From NCBI GenBank assembly GCA_951406725.2, contig OX597820.1:17918001-17982000 (forward strand): a DNA stretch of 64,000 nt, written 5' to 3'. The DNA comes from Octopus vulgaris (taxonomy: Eukaryota). The notes beneath the pieces were generated by a model. That model worked only from the letters and a program-made list of their open reading frames with translations, did no database searches and was not told where the DNA came from. This document shows, one piece after another, positions 24,730 to 37,579 of the stretch. Made by a program: the position numbers and the translations under genes. The stretch's first letter is position 1. The number at the start of each line of letters is the position of its first letter.

Positions 24730-26503
24730 GTTAATTATGAAATAATTATATTTTTATTAATTATTCTTTTGCTTGTTTCAGTCATATCGGGACACCAACT
24801 TGAAGAATTTTTTTAATCAAATGAATCGACCCCAATACTTTGTTTTTTTAAGCCTGCTACTTACTTCATTGGTCTCTTTTGGTCCCTAACCACTTCATTG
24901 CAAGGATGTAAACACACCAACGTGGCGGCATGTGGCTTAGTGGTTAGGGTGTTGAACTCATGATCATAAGGTTGTGGTTTCAATTCCTGGACCAGGCGAT
25001 GCGTTGTGTTCTTGAAGAAAACACTTCATTTCACGTTGCTCCAGTCGGCTCAGCTGGCAAAAGTGAGTAATCCTGCGACAGACCAGCGTCCCATCCAGGT
25101 GAGGAATTTCTACGTCACTGAAACCGGGAAACTGGCCCTTATGAACCTGGCATGGCTCGAGAAGGAACATTTTGGAAGCGCAATGGCCCAGTGGTAAGGG
25201 CAGTGGACTTGCGGTCAGAGGATCGCAGTTTCGATTCCCAGACCGAGCATTGTGTGCGTTTATTGAGCAAAAACACCTTAAGCTCCACGAGGCTTTGGCA
25301 GGGGGTGATGGCGACCCTTGTTGTACTCTTTCACCCCAACTTTCTCTCACTCTTTCTTCCTGTTTCTTGAGTAATGCTGCAATGGACTGGCATCCCGTCC
25401 AGCTGGGGGGAACACATACGCCATAGAAACTGGGAAACTGGGCTCATGAGCCTGGCTAGGCTTGAAAAGGGCACATAAATACAAACACACCAACACTAAC
25501 AGGCAATCACACACACTCACACTTATACACACAAATATATATGCAGTTGGAAACCAAACTTCTTACTTCATTAACATGCCTTTGCCTAATTATTTACTTG
25601 TAATTAATTCTTGATTAAGCCTGGTCAAGATTTTTAATCTAACTATATTTTACTTGTGAAAGTGCATTGCCCAGTGGTTAGGGCAGAGGTTCTCAACTAC
25701 TTTTTATCTATGGACCCCTTTGATTACTATTTTATTCTGGTGGACCCCTGTAGCCATTCAATATTTAAAAACTTGAAGGCAGCAAGCTGGCAGAATCGTT
25801 AGCATGCCGGGCGAAATGCTTAACAGTATTTCGTCTGCCGCTACATTCTGAGTTCAAATTCCACCGAGTTCGACTTTGCCGTTCATCCTTTTGGGGTCAA
25901 TTAAATAAGTACCAGTTACGCACTAGGGTCGATGTGATCGACTTAATCCGTTTGTCTGTCCTTGTTTGTCCCCTCTGTATTTAGCCCCTTGTGGGTTGTA
26001 AAGAAATAGGTATTTTATCTGTCTTTATACTCCGAGTTCAAATTCCACCAAGGTCGACTTTACCTTTCATCCTTTTGGAGTCGATAAGTTAAGTACCAGT
26101 TGTGTACTGGGGTCGATCTAATCAACTGGCCTCCTCCCTCGAAAAATTTCGGGCCTTGTGCCTAGAGTAGAAAAGAATATTTTAAAACTTGTTTTATAGA
26201 AGCTTCTTTCAAAATTCCTATTTTGTTTCTCACACATTATCTTGTGTAGGTTGAATTATGTAAAATGTTAGGGAAAGAAACCTGGCTGTTTCTTGCAATA
26301 CATACCAATGCACACATCTAAAGCAGGGGTTCTCAACCAATTTTTTATATATCTCTTTCTCAGTTTTATTTTGATTAAACATTTATTTTTATAAGAGCAT
26401 TGAAGTTCACTTGAAGCATTGTAGTATAGAAGTAGAAAAATGAGTTGTTGCTGCTAACTCAAAATAACAGCATTTATGTAAACACACATTTCTTTGACTG
26501 TAT

Positions 26504-26540
26504 TTTTCTGAAGACGGGCACTTGCACCCGAAATATAAAG
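26504..26540 (+). ncRNA. Penelope-type minimal hammerhead motif
   Basis: UUU-CUGAAGA-C-GGG(CACUUGCA)CCC-GAAA-UAUA-AAG: canonical core, palindromic stem III. Confidence 0.55.
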
Positions 26541-26651
26541 GTTTTTAAAAACTTTCACCGTTGTTAGACATTTTCCTTATTTCTCATTTTATTTTTATGT
26601 TTTTCTTTACTTTTATTTTTATGTTTTGTCTTTACTTTTTTAATTCTTCAG

Positions 26652-26773
26652 AGTTGATAGAAAGTACCATGTACTTATACCAGGCCACTAAGGACCCATA
26701 CCTCCTACAAATTGGAGTGGATATGTTGGAATCTATTGAGCAAGTGACAAAGACCAGATGTGGTTTTGCTACG
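26652..26773 (+). CDS. EDEM2: EDEM2 exon 9
   Basis: ttcAG| ... |GTAAGA, 122 nt. [41 protein letters not shown]. Confidence 0.96.
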
Positions 26774-27374
26774 GTAAGAGTTTTATTAAAAATCTCTATC
26801 TACACGGTGCTCCAGTATGGCCACAGTCAAATGACTGGAACAAGTAAAAGAATAAATGAATTCATGCTTTTTAAGGACTCTCTTTTACTTGTTTCAGTCA
26901 TTTGACTGCGGCCATGCTGGAGCACCGCCTTTAGTCGAGCAAATCAACCCCAGGACTTTTTCTTTGTAAGCCTAGTATTTACTCTATCAGTCTCTTTTGC
27001 CGAACTGCTAAGTTACGGGGACGTAAACACACCAGTATCGGTTGTCAAGCGATGTTGGGGGGCACAAACACAGATACACAATCACACACACATATATACA
27101 TTTACATATATACGACGGGCTTCTTTTAGTTTCCGTCTACCAAATCCACTCACAAGGCTTTGGTCGGCCCAAGGCAATAGTAGAAGACACTTGCCCAAGG
27201 TGCCATACCGTGGAACCTTGCTAACATTCTTTGTGTTGCTGTAGTCAAGTAAAATTCAGTGACAGGTCTAGGTGAGTAGGCCTGAGGGGGCAGAAGTTAC
27301 TAATCAACTGATAAAAAGATACAGGTTTTGCAGTCTTCGTTTGACTCAGTCATGTTCAATTGATATATGCAATC

Positions 27375-27705
27375 TTTGTCTCTCTCTCTCTCTCCATCCG
27401 TCTGTCCCTCTCTCTCTCTCTCTCTCTGTCCATCCCTCTCTTTCTTTCTTTCTATCCCTCTCTCTTCCTCTCTTTCCATCCTCTCTATCCCTCTCTCTTT
27501 CTATCCCTCTCTCTCTTTCTCTCCATCCTCTCTCTATCCCCCTCTGTCACCCCATCCCTCTCTGTCTCTCTATCCCCTCTGTCTCTCACTCCCTCTCTCC
27601 CCATACCTCTCTTTCTCTCTGTCCCTCTGTTTCTTCATCCCTCTCTTTCCATCTCTCTCCAACTCTCTACCCCTCTCTCTCTATCCCTTTCTCACTCTTT
27701 CTTTC
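27375..27705. repeat. CT-rich polypyrimidine low-complexity tract
   Basis: Degenerate (CT)n/(CTAT) run. Confidence 0.9.
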
Positions 27706-28193
27706 TAAATATTTCTGTGCAGAGGTGTGTATGTGTGAATGTGTGTTTCCCTCCAGTGCCAAAAAGTATTGTCGCCAAAACAGGTTGAACATCCAGTCAG
27801 CCATACCAAATTATCTACCTCCAAACAACTGCACCCAGTCATCTCATTCCAGGGTCAACTCTCACAGCACAATATGACTTTGAATTGCTTGATATTTATT
27901 ATTAGCAGTTGGACAGGACGCTGGTCTGTCGCAATTGAGCTGCTAGATGCAGGAGGAAAGAGTGAGAGAAAGTTGTGGTGAAAGAGTCAGCAGAAGTTCG
28001 CCATTACCTTCTGCTGGAGCCGCGTGGAGCTTAGGTGTTTTGCTCATAAACACACACATCGCCCGGTCTGAGATTCGAACCCGTGATCCCTTGACTGCGA
28101 GTTCACTGCTCTAACCACTAGGCCATGTGCCTCCACCCATAATTGTATAACCACCTCTAACTACTATAATGTATAATTTTTGTTTCATTACAG

Positions 28194-29012
28194 GTAAAAG
28201 ATGTGACTGACCACCGGCTGGAAAATAGGATGGAGTCATTTTTTCTAGCAGAGACTCTGAAATACATGTACCTGCTGTTTACCCCCGACCATTTTATCCA
28301 TAATAACGGAAGCAGAGGAGAAGTCATAGAGACCACATACGGAGAATGTGTTATCGATGCTGGAGGTTATGTGTTTAACACTGAAGGTCACCCTATTGAT
28401 GTGGCTGCTGTTCATTGTTGCAGCGCAGTAAAGAAAAAAGATGATGACATTCTTTTTAAACTTCATGACAATTTGGATTTGTTAGCATTGTTGGGGGCTA
28501 CAGACGAGGGCCAGCATTATGGAGGGCAAAAATGGGAGAAGAAAAGAAAAGACCAACAGACAGAAAACAGCGATACTGGGTCGGAATCTAATTCAGAAGA
28601 TTCTTCCAAAGAGACTGGGGACAGTTCTGGGGCTTCAAATACAACGAAATCTGAAAGTGAATCCAGTAACCACACTTCTTCCATTTCAGATAAAACTGAA
28701 AAAGATAAGGAAAATGTTAAAATCAATATAGAAATAAAACAAGAGAAATCTTCACCACAAACAGACAATAGGGGTGGAAATACATCGATTTTAAATGATC
28801 TAAATGTTGACGAAAATGATAGCCCGGTGAAAGATTCAGAGAGATCTGAAGAACCGAATATTGCTGACCTTTACAAAAGCTTAAAAGACTTTGAGATTGG
28901 ATTCAAAGCACCATATTCTTTATTGTATTGCCCAGCTCAACCATTCCATATGAAACTTTCTGTGATGGGAGAAATGTTTGAAAACAGAATTGGACCTTTA
29001 GGAGAAGAATAA
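28194..29012 (+). CDS. EDEM2: EDEM2 terminal exon 10
   Basis: ttacAG|. VKDVTDHRLENRMESFFLAETLKYMYLLF...GGYVFNTEGHPID...LLYCPAQPFHMKLSVMGEMF...TAA. Total spliced CDS is 2067 nt = 688 aa. The C-terminal CPxQPF motif marks EDEM2 rather than EDEM1/3. Confidence 0.96.
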   Translation, partial: VKDVTDHRLENRMESFFLAETLKYMYLLFTPDHFIHNNGSRGEVIETTYGECVIDAGGYVFNTEGHPIDVAAVHCCSAVKKKDDDILFKLHDNLDLLALLGATDEGQHYGGQKWEKKRKDQQTENSDTGSESNSEDSSKETGDSSGASNTTKSESESSNHTSSISDKTEKDKENVKINIEIKQEKSSPQTDNRGGNTSILNDLNVDENDSPVKDSERSEEPNIADLYKSLKDFEIGFKAPYSLLYCPAQPFHMKLSVMGEMFENRIGPLGEE

Positions 29013-29013
29013 A
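29008..29013 (+). terminator. AATAAA overlapping the EDEM2 stop codon
   Basis: GAA TAA A followed by U/GU-rich sequence. Confidence 0.3.
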
Positions 29014-29825
29014 TTTTATTTAAATTTGTAAATTTTGACTTGAGTTTTTGCAGAAATACTGGTAAAGGTGGGGGAGGGGTAGTTTGGTGTAACCAGATTT
29101 CAGTTCCAATTTATAATCCTTCCACTTATATCTCTCATCTCCTTGAGAAATGCATGAACATCACATCATCTCATTTCCCCATCCTTGTTGGTATTTGTAA
29201 CAATTTCGTGTTTCAGTCATTGAACTGTGACCATTGAACTGTGACCTTGAAGGGTTTAGTCAATCAAATTGACCCCATTCCTCAATTTTTTAAGTCTGAT
29301 ACTTATTCTATTGATCTCTTTTGCCGAAGTGCTAAGTTACAAGGATGTAAACAAATCATTACTGGTCGTCAGACGCTGCTGGGATGGACAAACAGAAATA
29401 CAAGCACATATACATACGTGTGTGTGTGTGTATGTGTGTATATTTATGCGTGTGTGTGTGTGTGTGTGTGTACATGCATATGTATATATATCATCATCGT
29501 CATCATCATTTAGTGTCTGTTTTTCATGTGAGCATGGATTACACAGTTGCACGCAAGCTTCTTGAGCACATATCCATGCCTGCATCCTTCCTCTTATCCA
29601 TTTCTCTCGAAGAGCATAGGCTCGAAACATCAAAGACTTTTCCAGTCTTCCCAAGCATTAAGTTAATACACCTGCTTATGGTTCCCTCACTTGTCCTCTT
29701 TTGTTTACTGTAAATTTGATCTACATTTATATATATATATATGTATATATATTAAGTTAAGTGCTTATGGATGTGAAACCATTGGTCATTCTATGACCAG
29801 ACATATATTTAACTTCCTATAAATA

Positions 29826-30391
29826 TTGGGTTGTCCAGAAAGTTTCCGCCGATTTTTAAAGGAAAGAAAAAGGTCAATAAATACTTGCCATTACATTTTG
29901 AATCAACCAAATATGAACCATTTTCTTGCACAACGCGTCTCCATCTTTCCTTTAACTTGAAAATACCCTCTTCCAAGAATTGAGGTGGTTTCATGGCAAA
30001 GAATTCATCAAGGTATCTTTTTACGTCACCCAAGGAATTGAAATTTTTACCATTAAGACTATTCTGCAGAGACCTGAATAAGTGGAAATCTGAAGGAGCA
30101 ATATCTGGTGAGTATGGAGGGTGGGGTAACACATCCCAGCCGAGCTGCAGCAATTTTTCTCTGGTTCCCAAAGCATCAAGTGCCGAAAATGAACTTTCTT
30201 ATCTTCCATTTTAAAGGGTTACAGAATTAACACAGGTTATAGGAACATAAATCTTCTTTCATGAAAAGATAGCTTAAACTGTGCTCTAAATGGAGGTGTA
30301 GTCAAATCCTATTTTATGGACTCAACCTTGTTCTAAAATAAGTCGAAAGGTAAGCTACTATAAATCGGCACAAACTTTCCGGACAACCCAA
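29826..30391 (-). mobile_element. Internally deleted mariner element
   Basis: TA|TTGGGTTGTCCAGAAAGTTT ... AAACTTTCCGGACAACCCAA|TA gives TIRs with a TA TSD. Transposase C-terminus LGWDVLPHPPYSPDIAPSDFHLFRSL. Confidence 0.93.
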
Positions 30392-31459
30392 TACATTATT
30401 GATCTAACTTAGAGTGTGCTTCTTTTTGGAATATATGATCCATTGATATATATATTCTATAACCCATGCTGTTTGGTACTCAATTATTGGGTCATAAACC
30501 TTGTAGCATTATGTAAATGAGTCTTGTCTGGTACAGTTTTATTCATACTTTTTTTTGAATGGCTTTCTCCCACTTTGTCTTGGTATCTCGGGAAGAAGTG
30601 AGCAAATACTGATGAGTTGTTAAATAACATTGAAACCTGCCAATTCAGTCTTCAGGTCAACACTTTAGTTACCATATTTTTACAGAAATAAACTGCCTCT
30701 TTCTTACAGTTAATTTTAAAATTAATGAAGAATTCAGTAAAATAAGTCATTATTAAAACTGGAGTTTTGAACATAAATTAGCATGAAATTTTGATAGGTT
30801 TTAATCGAATAAATGTTCCTTCTGGAGCCATGCCAGGCTTATAAGGGCCGGTTTCCCGGTTTCAGTGGCGTAGAAATTCCCCACCTGGATGGGATGCCGG
30901 TCCATCGAAGGTTTACTCATTTTTGCCAGCTCAGTGGACTGAAGCAACGTGAAAATGAAGTGTTTTGCTCAAGAACACAATGCATCACCCGGTCCAGGAA
31001 TTGAAACCACAACCTTACGATTGTGAGTTCAATACCCTAACCACTAAGCCACGTGCCTCCACAAGGTTTTAATTATCATCTCTTTAAAACAGGATGTTTG
31101 TATCATGAAACCAGGAGCAAGTAGTGTGTTGTTTGTTCCTTCTCGAGCCATCCCTGGCTCATAAGGGCCGGTTTCCTTGGTGTATAGGTTCCCCACCTGG
31201 ACGGGACACCGGTCTGTTGCAGGTGAGCTGCAAGATGCAGGAAGAAAGAGTGAGAGAAAGTTGTGGTGAAAGACTCAGCAGAAGTGCGCCATTACCTTCT
31301 GCCGGAGCCGCGTGGAGCTTAGGTGTTTTCGCTCATAAACACACACATCGCCCGGTCTGAGATTCGAACCCGCAATCTCTCGACCGCTGCTCTAACCACT
31401 AGGCCATGTGCCTCCACAATAGTGTGTTAGTTGATATCAAAAGGGTTAAGCTGCTGCAA

Positions 31460-31750
31460 AGACTTTCAGTTAGTGGTGGAGGAGAAGCGTTCTGAAAGTA
31501 CAGTTGCTAGAAAGACTGGCTGGAGAAAGTTCAGAGAGCTATTACCTCTATCAGCAACAATAAGCCCCTCTGTCAGAGTGAAAGGCAGACTGTATAATGC
31601 TTGTGTACGAACAGCAATTCTCTGTCTCGTCCAGGTAAGGAATTTCTACAGAGAATTTCTGTCAGAGTGAAAGGCAGGTTGTATAATGCTTGTGTGTGAA
31701 CAGCAATTCTCTACGTTAGTGAAATGTGAGGTGTGAATGCAGAGGACAGG
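31460..31750 (+). mobile_element. Degenerate RTE-type RT C-terminal fragment
   Basis: GWRKFRELLPL..VRVKGRLYNACVRTA, with a local ~55-bp duplication. Confidence 0.65.
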
Positions 31751-32684
31751 TCCAGATAGGGTATTCATGTATCTCCTTTACAACAATATATAGGGAAAGG
31801 ACTGTATTTATTCATGTCTCTCGTTAGATTGAATGAAGCATCCTTATGATCTTATGTAAAGGGAATATCAAAGTTAAATGACATGGCAGAGTAAATAAAA
31901 ACAAAAACATCCACTGTTCATTCATTTATTTTATTTATTTATTTATAACAAGTTATAAACAGTGAAACTAAATAAAGGTTTATAAACTTCTGGCAAAGCA
32001 GCTTAGACACATATACTTCAAATTTTGGTACAAGGCCAGCAATTTTTTTTTTGGGGGGGGGGTCAATTAGATCAACCCCACCACCACCACTGTTCAACTG
32101 GTACTCATTTTATTGGCCCCAAAAAGATGAAAGGTAAAATTAATCTCAGTAGAATTTGAACTCAGAACATGAAGATAGGTGAACTGCCGTAAAGTATGTG
32201 CTGATTCTGCCAGGTCACTTCCTTAGCTACTTCAAACGTCAGATGTTTATACTTCACAGAGGCTTTAGATCAAAGAACTTTAGTATCAAAGGCTGAAACA
32301 TTAAATTCTCATTTACAACAAACATAGCATAAACAGTTGTAAACAATGTCTTTATACATTCAAACCATTCAGAAAACTGGTTGTGGTTGATAGATTTACA
32401 GCTATGAATCAATAAGATATTGGTATGCCAGTCAAATAAAGCAGTTTTGTGTTGAAATAATCTTTTTGTCCTAGCATAACCATGTAAAATAAGTTCAAAG
32501 GTATGCAAAATAACTAGGTTGCATTCACATAAAAGAGGCCAGCAAGTGATTTGCTTGGAAGAACTTAATGACATACTCCTAAATCTTGCCCACAAAAATG
32601 TTGTCTCCTAACTCTGCATGTTCTACTGCAACCAAAGTTCTAAGCAGAAAAGCAGTTAGGACTCTACTTACTTGGAGGAAATGG

Positions 32685-33110
32685 CCTTGTTTGACATGTA
32701 GAAAATATAGGGGTAGAAATTGGATATGGTGTATCCAGTACAAACTATGGGCTCATAAGAGGTGTAGTGGAATCACAAGAGGGTTAACAGAGAAAGAAGG
32801 CTTTGTTTGTGGCAGATGTGCAAGAGCAATAGATGCTAAGTACACATGGAAAATGGATTTTCTAAACACCCAGGGGAATCCTTAAAAGTAGGAGATAGTT
32901 TCTGTTACTTAGGTGACTCAGTAGTGGAGGAGGGTGTTCTGAAAGTGTAGTTAGTAGAATAAGAATTGACTAAAAGTTCAGAGAGCGATTACCTGCTTTA
33001 GCAACAAAAAGCCTCTCTCTCAGAGTGAAAGGCAGATTGTATAACACATATATATGAACAGCAATGCTATATGTGAGTGAAATGTGAGCTGTGAATGCAG
33101 AGGACTTGTT
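32685..33110 (+). mobile_element. Degenerate RTE-type fragment with Cys/His finger insertion
   Basis: WPCLTC..WCIQYKLWAHKRCSGI..FVCGRC, then DSFCYLGD, then an SLRVKGRLY-like segment. Confidence 0.6.
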
Positions 33111-34085
33111 TAGACATGTATTTCCTTCAATACTACATCCCGCTCAGTTGCAGGGTCTTGACTTGCATGTTATTTGGCAACCTGACCAGTGGCTATGAAA
33201 AAGCACCCAGTACACTGTGTAGAGTGGTTGGTGTTAGAAAGGACATCTAATTGTAGAAACCATACTATAGCAGGCTCTGAAACTGAAAACAATCTTCTGG
33301 CTCATCAGATCTTCTCGAGTCGTCCAACCCATGCCAGCATAGAAGACGGACATTAACAATGATGATTTCTACTGCACCTCAAAGCTGGCTGGTCTTGCGC
33401 CTCTTTCATCCATGTTCACTCATTTCTCTTCCTTACATCACTCATGGTCCATCTAACCCTCGTCCTATCCAACAATATGCTCGCCACTTTCCCCCTCTGT
33501 AACAACACTTTGGAATGCCCCTCATGTATTTTCTGAAAATATGAACCACACAATTTCAACGGTCTCTTTCACTGAACTGCTAAGCTACAGGGACATGAAC
33601 ACACCAGTATTTGTCACACACACACACACACACACAATGGCTTCCACATGGTTCCAGTCTACCAAATTCACCCACAAGGCATTGGTCAGCCTAGGGCTAT
33701 AATAGAAGGTACCATGCAGTGGGACTTGAACCCAAAACCACATGGTTACAAAACAAGCTTCTTAAACCACACAACCATGCCTACACCTATTTCCTTCACC
33801 TACACAATCCCTTCACCAATTAATAAGTGTTGTCTACTTTATATAGCAAGAGGCAACCTAACTACCACTGTTCTGGATAGCTTAATTTGCATATCTGTAC
33901 TTCAGATGAAAACGTAGAAGGAATGTACTGACATTCCTATAGTGTTCTTTACTGCTGCTAATGGTTTTCTAGCATTTAAAAGAAAATGTTTTTGAAAGAC
34001 TGAGCATAAAAAAAAAGTATAAAATTTTCAATTTGTGAAGTAAATTTTTGCTGTAATTACAATAATATTCCTCTGAGATGTTTAA

Positions 34086-34517
34086 CCCTTTAGCATTTAA
34101 ACTGGCCGTGTCCAGCCCATATATTCTACCTCTTATGTACAAACTGGTTAGAACTAGCTTCTCTCACCTATCCTACAAAGCCATTCTAAAAATAAAGAAT
34201 CACATCATAGAAATCTCAGTGCTATGAGATAATGCAGAATTAATTTAAAACAATGGGAATCAATAAGTATTACATTTGACTGAGTAATCAGAAAGCTAAA
34301 GGGTTAACCCTTTCGTTACTCTATTTCTGTTGAGATGCTCTGTGTTTCTTTCAATTACTTTAAATATAACAAAGAATTTAGTAAAATAATTTTGTTATCA
34401 TTAAGCTAGTGTTAGGAGCATAAATTGTGACTAAGGTTTGGTGGAAGATTTTAATTCAAGACTTATGAAAACAAGACATTTGTACACAGAGCCAGAGCCG
34501 GGTTGTTAATGAAAGGG
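34086..34517. mobile_element. Two adjacent piggyBac-like MITEs sharing a TTAA
   Basis: TTAA|CCCTTT...AAAGGG|TTAA|CCCTTT...AAAGGG|TTAA, with TTAA at 34082, 34304 and 34518. Confidence 0.8.
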
Positions 34518-34700
34518 TTAAACATTTTGTATGACAAGGAAAAAGAATATATAATAAAAATGCAACCATAGAAAACCAAAGGCAATAACATGGTCACAGC
34601 TATTTTGCTTCTATCATAGATCAGTTCACTCAGTGGTGATAACATACACTATATTTAACAAACACCATATGCCATATACAGCAATTATCAAACAGTTAAA

Positions 34701-34731
<31 letters not shown>

Positions 34732-36462
34732 AGGAAAGTGTTGTATATAGTGCTCAGGTGCACTACAACTATAAAAAAAAAATTTAAAAAAAACAAAACA
34801 AAAAAAAGGCCATCAGGTATGCTGTTGGCGGATTTCAGGAAGTATGGAAGTTTTGAAGGATGTAGGGTCTCAACAGTTTATTCCATGCTTCAGCAATTCT
34901 GAGCATGGAAAAATGTTTCCAAAAGTCATGGGTGCTCTGCTGTTTTTTTTGATTTTATAAGCATGTCCGCGAGTGATTGTCATATGGAATTAAAAAAGGT
35001 ATATTTTAAAGTTTATATTTACATGCTTAGAATGTATTTAATCCTGCAACAAAACAATAGTGTTGTGAATATATCATAAAATATTTTTGTTCCACTAATA
35101 TTAAAGCTTTCAAAACACATGCATTAGTATACCTAAAATAGACATACATGCACTAAAATTACTGAGTGTGGATATATTTTGTACATTCCATTTTGTTTCA
35201 GGGATAAACCATTTCAGCTGTCTTCTTCAAAATTGTATGTCTTTTAGTTTAAATTTTTATATGGCTTATTCAGGAAGAGAAAGGTTAGTGCCCAAGCCAC
35301 TTTTTAAGGCAACAGTAAATGGAGGGAGGAAGAGAGTGTGTTACCATCAGACAGGTATCTGGTCCAAATGTTGGCAACAGAGTGGACTCTGCTAAAAGCA
35401 CCCATGGATCGGGTGACGGTATTAAACCAGGTGTAAGATATAGTCTATCATCCAGAAACAGTCTCCAAAAGACTTCCAGAGTTTTTGTTCACCATATTTC
35501 ACTTACAAAACTTTGACTGAGTAAAGGTTACGATAGAAGACATTTTCCCAAAGAACCACATAGGTTGTGGGATCAAACCTGAACCCAAATCACTTAGTTG
35601 CAAAGTAAATTTTTTAACCATGTAACCATGCCTGCTCCCATAGTCTATGCCTCATTTCTAAACCAGTAGCATAGCTAGGAAGAGAGTAGGGTGTGAAGGG
35701 GTAATCCACCCCAGGTGATGTTTTTAAGAGCACAGAACTTTGGGGGTCTGCTGTATAAGACTATGGGTTTCGAGACACAGGATTTATATTTATCCTTTAA
35801 ATGTTTCAGTCATTAGACTGTGGCCATGCTGGGGCACTACCTTGAATGATTTAGTCATACAAATTGACCTCAGTACTTTTTTTCTTTTCTTTTTTTTTTA
35901 AGTGTTGTACTTAGTGTATCAGTCTCTTTTATTGTTATACACTAATTGTTTGCCTGCCGTGTTAACTATTAATAAAAGTAATATTTAAAATTGCTCTGTG
36001 CAACTACTGCTGCATAACAGTAGATGTGCACTTGAATTTGTAAAGTTAAAACAAACAAACAAACAAACAAACAAAAAAACCAACCGTTACAAGGTTATAA
36101 AGGCCAGGCACAAGTTGAATGTTTGAAACAGTTAAGACACTGATAACGGTATAAATAATTACACTAATAAAATACATATAGTAGACAAACATCAGGCACT
36201 CGTTAGCTTAGAAAAAGCAAAAATGATTATTATTATTATTCAAATTTATGAAAACTCCACACCAGTCATGGGGAACCTGTGAACCAGAGGGCTTTCTAAA
36301 TGGGATACCTAATGAAAAATTTAAGTAGTGCAGCTTGTCTGCGTGACCCACTTTTCCAAAGAGGTAACCCAAATCTGGTCTACACTTTAATAAACATTAA
36401 GAAAATAAAATAGACAAGAAGCCTATCATTACAGTAAGATTTTCCTATAAAATAGATGGTTC

Positions 36463-36817
36463 TTTTATTCTTTTATTTGTTTCAGTCATTTGACTGTAGC
36501 CATGCTGGAGCACCGCCTTTAGTCGAACAAATTGACCTCAGGACTTATTCTTTGTAAGCCTAGTACTTACTCTATCGGTCTTTTGCCGAACCGCTAAGTT
36601 ACAGGGATGTAAACACACCAGCATCGGTTGTAAGCAATAGTGGGGGAGCAAACACACACACAATGGGCTTATTTCAATTTCCAACTCCACTTACAAGGCT
36701 TTGGTTGGCCCAAGGCTATAGTAGAAGACACTTGCCCAGTGTGCCATGCAGTGGGGCTGAGCCCGGAACCATGTGGTTGGTAAGTAAGCTACTTAGCACA
36801 CAGCCACTCCTGCGCCT
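36463..36817 (-). mobile_element. SINE family A
   Basis: Reverse-complement copy. Confidence 0.85.
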
Positions 36818-37579
36818 ATGATGAATATAACATAATTCTATGTTATAATTCCTTATCAATATAAAACTAAGTGGTATTCAATAAAATTTCAGTGTTTCAG
36901 TTAACTTCTAAATACCAAGTTCTCTTTCAAAACAACTGACCTTTGAATAATGATATAAGATCAAACATTTGTCTCCTACTATTTCTAGTAAAATCTTCAA
37001 TTTTATAACTGTTAAAAACTGCTGCAAGACTTTAAAGTGTATCAACAGAAAGAAGTTTCTAACATCTTTTCTTTTGACTTTTTTTTTTCTCTCCTCCAGT
37101 CTCCCATAGAAATAATACCGTATTTCACGGCATAAAAGACACATGAGAATATCAGGCTCCAATTTCGGCAGCACATATTCAAGTAAAAAATATTTTACTG
37201 CATTAAAGATTATGGGAGACCCACCTCTGCATACACAACTGGGGTGATTTTTTGAAACATTGTTTTGGGAAAAGAAAAAAAATTGTGCCTTATATATTAT
37301 CAAATTCAAGGAAGTGGATACTTTTTCTAAAATTATATCCATTTTTATATATTTCACTTGAATTTCTTTTTTTTTTTAATTTCTTAAAAATTAAATTTTT
37401 GTATTTTTCTAACAAAATATATTGATGCTTTCTGAAAAAAAATCAACATTATTATTTTTTTTTTTTTTTTCATATTTTTGGCTTCAATAAAATATTTTCT
37501 GAGCTACTTAAAAATTGGTAATATATAACTTTAAATAAATAAATAAAAACTTTTTAACAAAAAAGGCAATATAAATAAT

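Noticed and set aside
27272-27877. 201-aa and overlapping Ser/Leu-rich ORFs
   Set aside because: Translations of a CT low-complexity tract. The many YI/HT/CV ORFs elsewhere likewise come from microsatellites.
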